The translations under genes were made by a program, and so were the position numbers. Positions 33,561 through 45,737 of a DNA stretch of 64,000 nucleotides are shown in pieces. Location: positions 82,659 through 146,658 of the forward strand of contig CAWHDZ010000031.1 of NCBI GenBank assembly GCA_963828255.1, read 5' to 3'. Source of the DNA: an uncultured delta proteobacterium (GTDB taxonomy: Bacteria; Myxococcota; Myxococcia; Myxococcales; Anaeromyxobacteraceae). Within the stretch, counting starts at the first letter, position 1. The number at the start of each line of letters is the position of its first letter. The notes beneath the pieces were generated by a model that worked only from the letters and a program-made list of their open reading frames with translations, searched no databases and had not been told where the DNA came from.

Positions 33561-33946
33561 CCCTCTCCGAGCTCATCGGCCGGCCGGTCCCCTTCGCCGA
33601 GTTCCTGGGGATCCAGATCGTCGGGAACGAGCCCGGGAACGCCCGGCTCGAGCTGGCGCTGCGCCCCGAGCTCATGAACAGCTTCCACGACGCCCACGGG
33701 GGCGTGGTGATGGCGCTCGCCGACGTGGCGCTGGCCGTGGCGGCCATCACCCGGGACGGCTCGGCCCGGGGGGCCATCACCGTGGACCTGTCGGTGAGCT
33801 TCCTCGGCCCCGGCAAGGGGACGCTGCGGGCCGAGGCGCGCTGCCTGCGGGCCGGAAGGTCGCTGGCCTTCTCGGAGGGGGAGATCCTCGACGCCAGGGG
33901 AAACCTGGTCGCGAAGGCGCTGGGGACCTTCAAGCTGCGGCGTTGA
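33557..33946 (+). CDS. PaaI-family thioesterase
   Basis: MNSFHDAHGGVVMALAD and TVDLSVSFL. GTG overlaps the upstream stop. Confidence 0.9.
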   Translation: MTLSELIGRPVPFAEFLGIQIVGNEPGNARLELALRPELMNSFHDAHGGVVMALADVALAVAAITRDGSARGAITVDLSVSFLGPGKGTLRAEARCLRAGRSLAFSEGEILDARGNLVAKALGTFKLRR

Positions 33947-34652
33947 CGAGCCGCCCCCCGCGCAGCTCCGGCACCACCGGCGTGTGGTCCTTCCGCGCCG
34001 CCCACTCCACGTCCTCCCGGAGCCCGCGCGCGATCATCATCCGCCCCACCCGGCTCAGGGACAGGCAGTCGAGCGCCTGGCTCCCATCGTGGAGGATGAG
34101 GGCCGCCAGCGCCGTGTCGGAGAGCTCGATCCCCGCGTCTCGCCGGGTGAACAGCGAGACCAGGTGGCCGGCGCCGTAGAAGTCCTCCAGGTTGAAGGAG
34201 TCCACCGATCCGGAGCAGACGACGAGCACGGTCTCCCCCCGGGACGTCCGGCAGACGTGCTCGACCACCGCCGCCCCGTTGGAGAGCGCGGCGGTGAAGA
34301 CCCGGGTCGCACCGGCGGCCTTGTGGATGGCCACCGTGCCGTTCGTCGTGGAGTAGACGAGCGCCCGTCCGTGGAGCGGCTCCTGGATGAGCGCCATGGG
34401 GGTGGGGTGGGCGAAGCCGGGGAGGGTCTCGGCGCCGTACTCCCCGGCCAGCACGAAGGACCCGGCCGGAAGCCCCGCCGCGACGGCCCGCGCGGCGTCG
34501 CCGTCCAGGGTGGGGATCACCGCGGTGGCCCCGTGGGAGAGCGCCGCGGCGATGCTGGTGGTGGCGAAGAGCACGTCGAGGACCACCACCACCTTTCCCG
34601 GCAGGCGCTGCCCGTCGAGCTCCTCCTTCTTCACGAGGACGTGGAGCTTCAT
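33930..34652 (-). CDS. 2-phosphosulfolactate phosphatase (ComB) family protein
   Basis: VVVVLDVLFATTSI, LAGEYG, STTNGT and VCSG...FNLEDFYGAG. Confidence 0.85.
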   Translation of the reverse strand: MKLHVLVKKEELDGQRLPGKVVVVLDVLFATTSIAAALSHGATAVIPTLDGDAARAVAAGLPAGSFVLAGEYGAETLPGFAHPTPMALIQEPLHGRALVYSTTNGTVAIHKAAGATRVFTAALSNGAAVVEHVCRTSRGETVLVVCSGSVDSFNLEDFYGAGHLVSLFTRRDAGIELSDTALAALILHDGSQALDCLSLSRVGRMMIARGLREDVEWAARKDHTPVVPELRGGRLVNAAA

Positions 34653-35743
34653 CCCAGGCCGTGGATGCGCCGGCGGTCGAGGGCTCGGCTGGCCTGGGTG
34701 CCGAGGATCCGCACCATGTGGATGAGCGGGGCGAAGCGGGGGTCGCTGGTGTGGCCGTCCCGGTAGCGCCGGTAGATCTGCTGGACGATGACGGCCAGCT
34801 TGAAGAGGGCGAACACGTAGTGGAAGAGCACGTCGTCCACGGCCCTCCCCGACCGCTCCCCGTAGCGTTCCAGCACCTCGCGCCGCGAGAGCCCGCCCGG
34901 CAGGTGGGTGGGGCCGAAGGCGCTGGCCCGCAGGGGCTCCGGGTCGTCCGGGTCGGTCCAGTAGCCGAGCGCCGTGCCCAGGTCCATGAGCGGGTCGCCG
35001 ATGGTGGCCATCTCCCAGTCGAGCACCGCCACCACCCGCGACGGGTCGACGGGGTCGAGGACCACGTTGTCGTACTTGTAGTCGTTGTGGACCAGGGTCA
35101 CGCCGCTCTCCGCCGGCATGTGGGCCGCGGCCCAGGCCGCCGCCGCCTCGATCTCCGGCACCTCGTCGGTCCTGGCCGCGAAGTAGCGCTCGGTCCAGCC
35201 CTTCACCTGCCGTGCAACGTAGCCGGCCGGCTTCCCCAGCGCGGCCAGCGGGGTGCCCGCGACCGGGACCGCGTGGAGGTCCACCAGGTTGTCCACCAGC
35301 GCGGTGGAGGTGGCGCGCAGGACCCCGGGGGTGAGCGAGAGGCCCGCGCTCGATCCGTCGCCGCGCAGGATGAGCCCCTGCACCCGCTCCATGAGGTAGA
35401 AGCGGGCGCCCAGGACGGATTCGTCGTCGCAGAAGGCCAGCGGACGGGGGGCGCGCGCGTAGACCCCTCGCAGCGCCGAGAGCAGGTTCCACTCCCGGGC
35501 CATGTCGTGGGCGCTCTTCACCCTGGCGCCGAAGGGGGCCCGCCGGAGCACCGCCTCGTGGTCGCCGATGGCCACCAGGTAGGTGAGGTTGGAGTGCCCC
35601 TTGCGGAACTGCCGGGCCAGGATGGGCCCCTCCGACCCCGGGAAGGCCTGGACCAGCCAGGGGCGGATGCGCTCCGGGTCGAAGCGCTCCTCCTCCCGGA
35701 CCTCGTCGGCCTCGTCGAGGCGCGGTGGGGGCCCCTCGCTCAC
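34649..35743 (-). CDS. APH-family phosphotransferase (ACAD10/11-associated)
   Basis: GHSNLTY, SAHDMARE, LVHNDYKYDN and VLDWEMATIGDPLMDL. Confidence 0.9.
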   Translation of the reverse strand: MSEGPPPRLDEADEVREEERFDPERIRPWLVQAFPGSEGPILARQFRKGHSNLTYLVAIGDHEAVLRRAPFGARVKSAHDMAREWNLLSALRGVYARAPRPLAFCDDESVLGARFYLMERVQGLILRGDGSSAGLSLTPGVLRATSTALVDNLVDLHAVPVAGTPLAALGKPAGYVARQVKGWTERYFAARTDEVPEIEAAAAWAAAHMPAESGVTLVHNDYKYDNVVLDPVDPSRVVAVLDWEMATIGDPLMDLGTALGYWTDPDDPEPLRASAFGPTHLPGGLSRREVLERYGERSGRAVDDVLFHYVFALFKLAVIVQQIYRRYRDGHTSDPRFAPLIHMVRILGTQASRALDRRRIHGLG

Positions 35744-36951
35744 GCGTCGCCCCGTGCCTTGGCGTACCCGGCCAGGATGCGCTTGGCCACGCTCGCGATG
35801 TGCACCTCGTCGGCGCCGTCGTAGATGCGCCCGGCCCGCTCGTGGGCGAACCAGAAGGCCAGCGGCGTGTCGTCGGTCATGCCCAGCGCGCCCAGGGCCT
35901 GGATGGCCCGGTCGAGGACCCGCTGCAGGGTGCGGGCCACGGTGAACTTGATGATGGAGATCTCCTGGCGGGCCGCCGGCGCCCCCTCCCGCTCGATCTT
36001 CCACGCGGCGTGGAGGACGAGCAGGCGGGCCTGGTCGATCTCGGCGCGGCTCTCGGCGATCCACTGCTGGACCATCTGCCGGCTGCCCAGCAGGTCGCCG
36101 GGCGCGAGCTGCCGGGTGGAGGCGTGGGTGCAGAGGATGTCGAAGGCACGCTCGCAGATGCCGATCCAGCGCATGCAGTGGTGGATGCGCCCGGGCCCGA
36201 GCCGGTGCTGGGCCAGCACGAAGCCGCCGCCCTCCGGGCCGAGCAGGTTGGCGAGCGGGACGCGGGCCCCGTGGTACATGACCTCGCCGTGGCTCTGCCA
36301 GTCGGAGCCGCGGTGCCCCATCACCGAGATGTTGCCGACCAGCTCGAAGCCCGGCGTCCCGGTGGGCACGATGATCATGCTGGCGCGCTTGTAGGGATCC
36401 TTCTCGGCGGGGTTGGTCACCGCCATGCACACCGCGAAGGCTGCGCCGTCGGCCGAGGAAGCGAACCACTTGTGGCCGCGGATGACGTACTCCCCGCCGT
36501 CCTTCAGGGCGCTGGTCCCCATCCAGACCGGGTTCGACCCGGCGAACTCCGGCTCGGTCATGGTGAAGCAGCTGCGGATCTCGCCGCGGGAGAGCGGCCC
36601 GAGCCAGCGCTCCTTCTGCTCCCCGGTGCCGTGCTCGAGGATGAGCTCCATGTTGCCGATGTCCGGCGCCTGCACGTTGAAGCAGTAGTGGCCGAGCGGG
36701 CTCTTCCCCAGCTCCTCGGAGAGGTGGGCGAACTCGGTGAGCGGCAGGTGGGCGCCGCCGTATTCGGGAGGCATGTGGGCGGCGAAGAGGCCCGTCTCCC
36801 GCGCCTTCTCCCGCACCCGGCGCAGCTCGGGCAGGATGGCCGCGAACCCGCCGTGCCGGAAGCGCTGCTCGAGCGGGTGGACCTCCCTGCGCATGAACTC
36901 GCGGACCAGCCCCTGGAAGCTCTTCACCCGCTCCGACGTCGAGAAGTCCAT
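35740..36951 (-). CDS. Acyl-CoA dehydrogenase (ACAD10/11-like)
   Basis: APDIGNME, CFTMTEP, RLGPGRIHHCMR and RIYDGADEVH. Confidence 0.93.
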   Translation of the reverse strand: MDFSTSERVKSFQGLVREFMRREVHPLEQRFRHGGFAAILPELRRVREKARETGLFAAHMPPEYGGAHLPLTEFAHLSEELGKSPLGHYCFNVQAPDIGNMELILEHGTGEQKERWLGPLSRGEIRSCFTMTEPEFAGSNPVWMGTSALKDGGEYVIRGHKWFASSADGAAFAVCMAVTNPAEKDPYKRASMIIVPTGTPGFELVGNISVMGHRGSDWQSHGEVMYHGARVPLANLLGPEGGGFVLAQHRLGPGRIHHCMRWIGICERAFDILCTHASTRQLAPGDLLGSRQMVQQWIAESRAEIDQARLLVLHAAWKIEREGAPAARQEISIIKFTVARTLQRVLDRAIQALGALGMTDDTPLAFWFAHERAGRIYDGADEVHIASVAKRILAGYAKARGDA

Positions 36952-36963
36952 GGGGTTCTCCGC

Positions 36964-37737
36964 TCAGTAGGAGGTGGCGCCGCCGTCCACCACCAGGCAC
37001 TGCCCGGTGACGTGGCGGGAGGCCTCGCTGGCCAGGAAGGCCACCGCGCCCTTCAGGTCCTCGTCCCCGCCCAGCCTCCCGAGGGGAGTGGCGGCGAGCA
37101 CCATGTCTCCGATGACGCCGAGCAGGGCGTGGGTCATCTTGGTGGGGAAGAAGCCGGGGCAGACGGCGTTCACGTTGATGCCGTGCCTGCCCCATTCCAC
37201 CGCGAGTGCGCGGGTCAGGTTCACCGCGGCGCCCTTGCTGGCGTTGTAGGCGATGGTGTTCATGCCGGGCGGGTTGCCCCCGAGCCCCGACACCGAGGCC
37301 ACGTTCACGATCTTCCCGGAGCGGCGCGGGATCATGAAGCGGCGCCCCACCTCCTGGGAGAGGAAGAACATGGCGTCGACGTTGAGCCGCATCACCTTGT
37401 CCCAGGCCTCGGCCGGGTGATCCTCGGCGGGCGCGCCCCAGGTGGTGCCGGCGTTGTTGACCAGGATGTCCACGGTCCCGAAGCGGGCCGCCACCGCGTC
37501 CACGGTGCCGGGGATGTTCTCGCGCCTTCCCAGATCGACCGGGACGGCCATGGCCTCCACGCCCAGTGCGGCCAGGTGCTTCACCGCCAGGTCCAGCTCG
37601 GCGGCCTTGCGGGCGGTGAGGGCCACCCGCGCACCCAGCTCGCCGAGGGCCTCGGCCGCCTGCAGCCCCAGGCCGCGGGAGCCGCCGGTCACGAGGGCCA
37701 CCTTTCCCGAGAGGTCGAGCAGTTTCTTGAGGCTCAT
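36964..37737 (-). CDS. Short-chain dehydrogenase/reductase
   Basis: TGGSRGLG, NNAG and catalytic YNASK. Confidence 0.93.
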   Translation of the reverse strand: MSLKKLLDLSGKVALVTGGSRGLGLQAAEALGELGARVALTARKAAELDLAVKHLAALGVEAMAVPVDLGRRENIPGTVDAVAARFGTVDILVNNAGTTWGAPAEDHPAEAWDKVMRLNVDAMFFLSQEVGRRFMIPRRSGKIVNVASVSGLGGNPPGMNTIAYNASKGAAVNLTRALAVEWGRHGINVNAVCPGFFPTKMTHALLGVIGDMVLAATPLGRLGGDEDLKGAVAFLASEASRHVTGQCLVVDGGATSY

Positions 37738-37863
37738 CGGGGGGGTCTCCTCCGGGTAGGCGCTGGGTTTCGAGAAGGGCTATTCTCCACCGCTGCGAGG
37801 CCCGGGATCCTGGCACCGCCGCCTTGCCAGCGTCAACAGCCTCGTGTTACGGGGTGGTTCTCG

Positions 37864-37900
37864 GTTACGCTAGTCGGACCATTGTTTCGCAGAGCGAAAC
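37864..37900. promoter_or_regulatory. Putative IclR operator 2
   Basis: GTTTCGCAGAGCGAAAC at 37884-37900, with degenerate GTTACGCTAGTCGGACC 20 nt upstream, in the divergent SDR/ACAD intergenic region. Confidence 0.7.
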
Positions 37901-37936
37901 GACGATCGGGGCCGCCGGACCCCCGATGGAGGGCCC

Positions 37937-39133
37937 ATGGACCTCACCTTCACAGAGGAGGAGCGGCGCTTCCGCGACGAGGTGCGGGCCTTCCTGGACG
38001 AGAGCCTCCCCGCCGCCATGCGCCACACGGTGCTGGAGGGGCTGCACATCCCGCCGGAGGACACGGTGGAGTGGCAGCGCATCCTCTTCCGCAAGGGCTG
38101 GGGCGGGCCCAACTGGCCGGCCGCGTTCGGCGGCACCGGCTGGGACCCGGTGCGGCAGTTCATCTTCGAGGAGGAGTGCGCCGCCGCCGGCACCCCGCGC
38201 CTGCTCCCCTTCGGCCTCAAGATGGTCGGGCCGGTGATCCAGCGCTTCGGCAACGCCGCCCAGCACGCCCGCTTCCTGCCCCGCATCCTCTCCGGCGAGG
38301 ACTGGTGGTGCCAGGGCTACTCCGAGCCCGAGTCGGGCTCCGACCTGGCCTCGCTGCGGACGCTGGCCGTCCGGCAGGGGGACCAATATCTGGTATCCGG
38401 CCAGAAGACCTGGATCACGCTGGCCCAGCACGCCGACTGGATCTTCTGCCTGGTCCGCACCGACCGCACCGGCAAGGCCCAGGCCGGCATCTCCTTCCTG
38501 CTCATCGACATGAAGTCACCAGGAGTGGAGGTCCGCCCCATCACCATGCTCGACGGCGGCCACGAGGTGAACGAGGTCTGGTTCGAGGACGTCGAGGTGC
38601 CGGTGGAGAACCTGGTGGGAGAGGAGAACAAGGGCTGGACCTACGCCAAGTTCCTCCTCGGCCACGAGCGGGCCAACATCGCCGGCATCGGCGGGTCGAA
38701 GCGCGAGCTCATCCGGCTGAAGCGCATCGCCGCGGAGGAGCGCAAGCACGGCCGCCCGCTCTCCGAGGACCCGCTCTTCGCGGCGCGCCTGGCCCAGGTG
38801 GAGATCGACCTCATGGCCCTCGAGATCACCAACCTCCGGGTGCTCTCCGCCGAGGCCGAGAAGCGGGCCCCCGGGCCGGAGGCCTCGCTGCTCAAGATCA
38901 AGGGCACCGAGATCCAGCAGGCCCTGACCGAGCTCATGGTCCAGGCCGTGGGGCCCTACGCGCTGCCCTTCCGGATCGAGGCCCTCTCCGACGGGTTCGC
39001 CGGGCCCCCGGTGGGGCCGGAGTACGCGGCGCCGCTGGCCGCCACCTACTGCAACATGCGCAAGGCCTCGATCTACGGCGGCTCGAACGAGATCCAGAAG
39101 AACATCATCACCCAGATGATCCTGGGGCTCTAG
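37937..39133 (+). CDS. Acyl-CoA dehydrogenase, large subunit (pimeloyl-CoA dehydrogenase PimC-like)
   Basis: WCQGYSEPESGSDLASL, GQKTWIT and KASIYGGSNEIQKNII. Confidence 0.9.
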   Translation: MDLTFTEEERRFRDEVRAFLDESLPAAMRHTVLEGLHIPPEDTVEWQRILFRKGWGGPNWPAAFGGTGWDPVRQFIFEEECAAAGTPRLLPFGLKMVGPVIQRFGNAAQHARFLPRILSGEDWWCQGYSEPESGSDLASLRTLAVRQGDQYLVSGQKTWITLAQHADWIFCLVRTDRTGKAQAGISFLLIDMKSPGVEVRPITMLDGGHEVNEVWFEDVEVPVENLVGEENKGWTYAKFLLGHERANIAGIGGSKRELIRLKRIAAEERKHGRPLSEDPLFAARLAQVEIDLMALEITNLRVLSAEAEKRAPGPEASLLKIKGTEIQQALTELMVQAVGPYALPFRIEALSDGFAGPPVGPEYAAPLAATYCNMRKASIYGGSNEIQKNIITQMILGL

Positions 39134-39144
39134 GGGCCGACGCC

Positions 39145-40277
39145 ATGCACTTCAACCTCACCGACGAGCAGCGCGCCCTCTCCGACATGGTCCAGCGCTT
39201 CCTTTCGCAGGAGTACGCCTTCGACGCGCGCAGGAAGATCCTGCGGTCCCCCGAGGGGTGGAGCCGGGAGATCTGGGGAAAGCTGGGCGAGATGGGGCTC
39301 ATGGCCCTGCAAGTTCCCGAGGAGCAGGGCGGGATGGCGCCGGCCACGGTGGAGACCCTCCTCACCATGGGTGCAATGGGGAAGGCGCTGGTCGTCGAGC
39401 CCTACCTCTCCTCCGCCGTCATCGGGACCGCGCTGGTGCGCGGGCTCGGGACCCCGGCCCAGCGCGACGCGCTGCTCCCCGCCATGGCCACCGGCGAACG
39501 CATCGCCGTCCCGGCCCACGGCGAGGCCGGCTCCCGCCACGACCTCTCCCGCGTCGCCACCACGGCGCGCCGGGGCGGGTCCGGTTGGATCCTCGACGGG
39601 CGGAAGGCGGTGGTGCTCCACGCGCCCGCCGCCGACCTGCTCCTCGTCACCGCCCGCACCTCCGGCGCCGGGGACGCAGAGACCGGCCTCTCGGTCCTCG
39701 TGGTCCCCGCGGCTGCACCAGGGGTGAAGCTCATCCCCTACCCGACCATCGACGGGCAGCGCGGCGCCGACGTCGTCCTCTCCGGGGTGGAGCTCCCCGC
39801 CGATGCGCTGCTGGGGCAGGAGGGGCAGGCCTACGAGGGGATCTCGGCGGCATTCGACCTGGGCGTGGCCGCCCTCTGCGCCGAGGCGGTCGGGGTGCTG
39901 CAGGCCACCCTCGACGCCACCACCGAGTACACCCGCACCCGCAAGCAGTTCGGGGTTCCCATCGCCCGCTTCCAGGCCCTGCAGCACCGCATGGCCGACA
40001 TGCTCATGCACGTCGAGCAGGCCCGCTCGATGAGCTACCTGGCCGCCATGCACGCCTCCTCGGCCGACCCGAGGGAACGGCGCCGGATGGTCTCGGCGGC
40101 CAAGGTCACGGTGGGTCAGGCCTGCCGCTACGTGGGGCAGCAGGCGGTCCAGCTCCACGGCGGCATGGGCGTCACCGACGAGGTCGCGGTGAGCCACTGC
40201 TTCAAGCGGCTCTTCGCCATCGAGCTGTCGCTCGGCGACACCGAGCACCACCTGGAGCGCTTCATCACGGAGAGCAA

Positions 40278-40281
<4 letters not shown>
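39145..40281 (+). CDS. Acyl-CoA dehydrogenase, small subunit (PimD-like)
   Basis: RKQFGVPIARFQALQHRMADM and AVQLHGGMGVTDE. Follows the PimC-like gene. Confidence 0.88.
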
Positions 40282-42368
<2,087 letters not shown>

Positions 42369-42380
42369 ACGGAGATCGCC

Positions 42381-43559
42381 ATGTCCGACGCCGTCATCGT
42401 CTCCACCGCCCGAACCGGCCTCGCCAAGTCGTGGCGGGGAGCCCTCAACATGACCCACGGCGCCACCCTGGGCGGCCACGTGGTCAAGGCCGCGGTGGAG
42501 CGCGCCCGCATCGACCCCGCCGAGGTGGAGGACGTGATCATCGGCTGCGGGCTGCCCGAGGGCACCACCGGCGGCAACGTGGCGCGGCAGATCGCGCTGC
42601 GGGCCGGACTCCCGGTCACCACCGCGGGTCACACGGTGAACCGATTCTGCTCGTCCGGGCTGCAGTCCATCGCCATGGCCGCCCACCGGGTCATCGTCGA
42701 CAAGGTGCCGGTGCTGGTGGCCGGCGGCATCGAGCAGATCTCCTGCGTCCAGCAGGAGCTGAACCAGCACATGTTCGCCGACCCCTGGCTCGTCGAGAGC
42801 AAGCCGGCCATCTACATGAACATGCTGGAGACCGCCGAGGTGGTGGCCAAGCGCTACGGGATCCCGCGCGAGAAGCAGGACGAGTACGGGGTGCGCAGCC
42901 AGGCGCTTGCCGCCGCCGCCCAGGCCGAGGGAAAGTTCAAGGACGAGATCGTCCCCTTCAAGACGGTGATGGGGGTGGGCGACAAGGCCACCGGGCGCCT
43001 CTCCATGAAGGAGGTCACCCTCGACGCAGACGAGGGCATCCGCGCCGATACGACCTACGAGGGCGTGGCGAAGATCAAGCCGGTCGTCCCCGGTGGCACC
43101 ATCGCCGCCGGAAACGCCAGCCAGTTCTCCGACGGGGCCTCGGCCGTGGTGGTCATGGACGCGAAGCTGGCCGGGAAGAAGGGGCTCGCGCCGCTGGGCA
43201 TCTTCCGCGGCTTCGCGGTGGCCGGCTGCGAGCCGGACGAGATGGGCATCGGCCCGGTCTTCGCGGTGCCGCGGCTCCTCGAGCGCGCCGGCGTGAAGAT
43301 GGCCGACGTCGGGCTCTGGGAGCTCAACGAGGCCTTCGCGGTGCAGGTCATCTACTGCCGCGACCGGCTGGGCATCCCCGACGATCGACTGAACGTGAAC
43401 GGCGGCGCCATCGCCGTGGGGCACCCCTACGGGATGTCCGGCGCGCGGCTGGTGGGGCACGCCCTCATCGAGGGGAAGCGGCGCGGCGTGAAGCTCGTGG
43501 TGGTCACCATGTGCATCGGCGGCGGGATGGGCGCGGCGGGGCTCTTCGAGGTCGCCTGA
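42381..43559 (+). CDS. Acetyl-CoA C-acyltransferase (thiolase, PimB-like)
   Basis: [23 protein letters not shown] and MCIGGGMG. Confidence 0.95.
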   Translation: MSDAVIVSTARTGLAKSWRGALNMTHGATLGGHVVKAAVERARIDPAEVEDVIIGCGLPEGTTGGNVARQIALRAGLPVTTAGHTVNRFCSSGLQSIAMAAHRVIVDKVPVLVAGGIEQISCVQQELNQHMFADPWLVESKPAIYMNMLETAEVVAKRYGIPREKQDEYGVRSQALAAAAQAEGKFKDEIVPFKTVMGVGDKATGRLSMKEVTLDADEGIRADTTYEGVAKIKPVVPGGTIAAGNASQFSDGASAVVVMDAKLAGKKGLAPLGIFRGFAVAGCEPDEMGIGPVFAVPRLLERAGVKMADVGLWELNEAFAVQVIYCRDRLGIPDDRLNVNGGAIAVGHPYGMSGARLVGHALIEGKRRGVKLVVVTMCIGGGMGAAGLFEVA

Positions 43560-43577
43560 CCGGGGCCGGGGCCACTC

Positions 43578-44777
43578 GTGCTCGACGCCTACCTCCACGA
43601 CGGGCTGCGCACCCCCTTCGGCCGCCACGCCGGGGCGCTCGCCCCGGTACGGCCCGACGACCTGGCCGCCGGCGTGATGCGGGCGCTCCTGGCCCGCTCG
43701 CCCTGGAGGCCGGAGGAGCTCGAGGACGTCTACCTGGGATGCACCAACCAGGCCGGCGAGGACTCCCGCAACGTGGCCCGCCACGCGGCGCTGCTGGCGG
43801 GGATCCCGGCCACCATCCCCGCCCAGACCCTCAACCGGCTCTGCGCCAGCGGCCTCGCGGCCGTCGTCGAGGCGGCGCGCGCTATCACCGTGGGTGACGG
43901 TGACCTGTACCTGGCCGGCGGGGTGGAGAGCATGAGCCGGGCCCCCTTCGCCATGGCCAAGGCCGAGACCCCGTACTCCCGGGAGGCCCGGGTCTTCGAC
44001 ACCACGCTCGGCGCCCGCTTCCCCAATCCACGCCTGGTGAAGCTGTACGGCTCGGACAGCATGCCCGAGACCGGGGACAACGTGGCGCGGGAGCAGGGCG
44101 TCTCACGCGAGGAGTGCGACCGCTTCGCGCTGCGGTCGCAGGAGCGCTGCGAGAGGGCCCGGGCCACGGGATTCCTGGCCGGGGAGATCGCGCCGGTGGA
44201 GGTGCCCGGCCCCGGCAAGGGAACGACGGTGGTGCGCGAGGACGAGCACCCCCGCCCCAAGACGACGCTCGAGGCGCTCTCGCGCCTCCCGCCCCTCTTC
44301 ACGGGCGGCGTGGTCACCGCGGGGAACGCCTCCGGCGTGAACGACGGCGCCGCCGCGCTGCTCGTCGGCTCGCGCGCCGCCGGCGAGCGGGCCGGGGTCC
44401 GGCCGATGGCGCGGATCCTCTCCTCCGCCGCGGTGGGGGTGGAGCCGCGGGTGATGGGGATCGGCCCGGCCTTCGCCATCCCCAAGGCCCTCTCCCGCGC
44501 CGGCCTCACGCTGGCGCAGATGGACGTCATCGAGGTGAACGAGGCCTTCGCGAGCCAGGTGCTGGCCTGCCTCGCGATCCTCGGCCTCCCCTTCGACGAC
44601 CCGCGCGTGAACCCGAACGGCGGGGCCATCGCGCTCGGCCACCCGCTCGGTGCGTCCGGGGCGCGGCTGGCGCTGACCGCGGCCCGCGAGCTCCGGCGGC
44701 GCGGGGGCGGGCGCGCGGTGGTGAGCCTGTGCATCGGGGTGGGGCAGGGACTGGCGATGGTCATGGAGGCAGACTGA
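43578..44777 (+). CDS. Thiolase, 3-oxoadipyl-CoA thiolase (PcaF/PaaJ/DcaF)-like
   Basis: VRPDDL, NQAGEDSRNVAR, NRLCASG, GHPLGASG and LCIGVGQG. Confidence 0.9.
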   Translation: MLDAYLHDGLRTPFGRHAGALAPVRPDDLAAGVMRALLARSPWRPEELEDVYLGCTNQAGEDSRNVARHAALLAGIPATIPAQTLNRLCASGLAAVVEAARAITVGDGDLYLAGGVESMSRAPFAMAKAETPYSREARVFDTTLGARFPNPRLVKLYGSDSMPETGDNVAREQGVSREECDRFALRSQERCERARATGFLAGEIAPVEVPGPGKGTTVVREDEHPRPKTTLEALSRLPPLFTGGVVTAGNASGVNDGAAALLVGSRAAGERAGVRPMARILSSAAVGVEPRVMGIGPAFAIPKALSRAGLTLAQMDVIEVNEAFASQVLACLAILGLPFDDPRVNPNGGAIALGHPLGASGARLALTAARELRRRGGGRAVVSLCIGVGQGLAMVMEAD

Positions 44778-45532
44778 TGTCCTCGAACGTGAAGACGACC
44801 ACCGCCGACCGGGTGGTGGAGATCGAGATCCACCGGCCGGAGAAGAAGAACGCCCTCACCGGCGAGATGTACGACGCCATGTCGGCCGCCTTCGACCGGG
44901 CCGACGCGGACCCGTCGGTCCACGTGATCTTCCTGCACGGCCAGGCCGACTGCTTCACCGCGGGGAACGACCTCGCCGACTTCCTCTCGGCCGGGCGCGG
45001 CGAGGGGGTGGCCTCGCCCGCGGCCAACTTCCTCGCGGCGATCCGCACCGCCCGGAAGCCCGTCGTCGCCGCGGTGGGGGGCGTGGCGGTGGGCATCGGC
45101 ACGACCATGCTGCTCCACTTCGAGCTGGTCTTCGCCGCGCCCCACTCCCGCTTCCAGATGCCCTTCGTGCCGCTGGGGCTGGCGCCGGAGGGCGGGTCGA
45201 GCCTGCTGCTCCCCATGCTGGCCGGATACCAGCGCGCCGCCGAGCTGCTGCTGCTCGGCCGCCCCTTCGGCGCCGAAAAGGCGATGGCCGCCGGGCTCGT
45301 GAACGACGTGATCCCGGCGGAGCGGCTGCTCACCCACGCGCGGGAGGCGGCGCTCGCCGTGGCCGCGCTGCCGGTGGAGTCGGTGCGCATCACCAAGGAG
45401 CTGCTCCGGCGGCCGCACGCCCGGGCCCTGGAGGAGCGCATGGCCGAGGAGCTGCGCATCTTCGGGGAGCGGCTGCACTCCCCGGAGGCCAAGGCGGCGA
45501 TGGGGGCCTTCTTCGAGAGGAAGAAGGCATAG
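44777..45532 (+). CDS. Enoyl-CoA hydratase/isomerase (crotonase family)
   Basis: RPEKKNAL, FTAGNDL, AVGIGTTML and LGLAPEGGSS. Confidence 0.92.
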   Translation: MSSNVKTTTADRVVEIEIHRPEKKNALTGEMYDAMSAAFDRADADPSVHVIFLHGQADCFTAGNDLADFLSAGRGEGVASPAANFLAAIRTARKPVVAAVGGVAVGIGTTMLLHFELVFAAPHSRFQMPFVPLGLAPEGGSSLLLPMLAGYQRAAELLLLGRPFGAEKAMAAGLVNDVIPAERLLTHAREAALAVAALPVESVRITKELLRRPHARALEERMAEELRIFGERLHSPEAKAAMGAFFERKKA

Positions 45533-45641
45533 GGCGATCCGGCGACCGCTCCTGGTAACCCCAAGGAGGGGTTCAACTGGCTGAACCGCGACACGGATGT
45601 CGTGTTTCGTCCGGGTGAAACTCGCCCGCTGACGTGCGCGA

Positions 45642-45737
45642 ATTCGTTCTCAATTCATTTCACATTCGTTTCATATAGAAAACAAAAAGATAACTAGTTC
45701 AGATAATTGACGCCAATCATTTCATTCCTTATTTCAT
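45642..45737 (+). promoter_or_regulatory. AT-rich promoter region with five ATTCRTTTCA-like direct repeats
   Basis: ATTCGTTCTCA/ATTCATTTCAC/ATTCGTTTCAT at 11-nt period (45642-45674). AATCATTTCAT and CTTATTTCAT overlap TTGACG-17-TATTTC (45707-45735). Confidence 0.6.
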
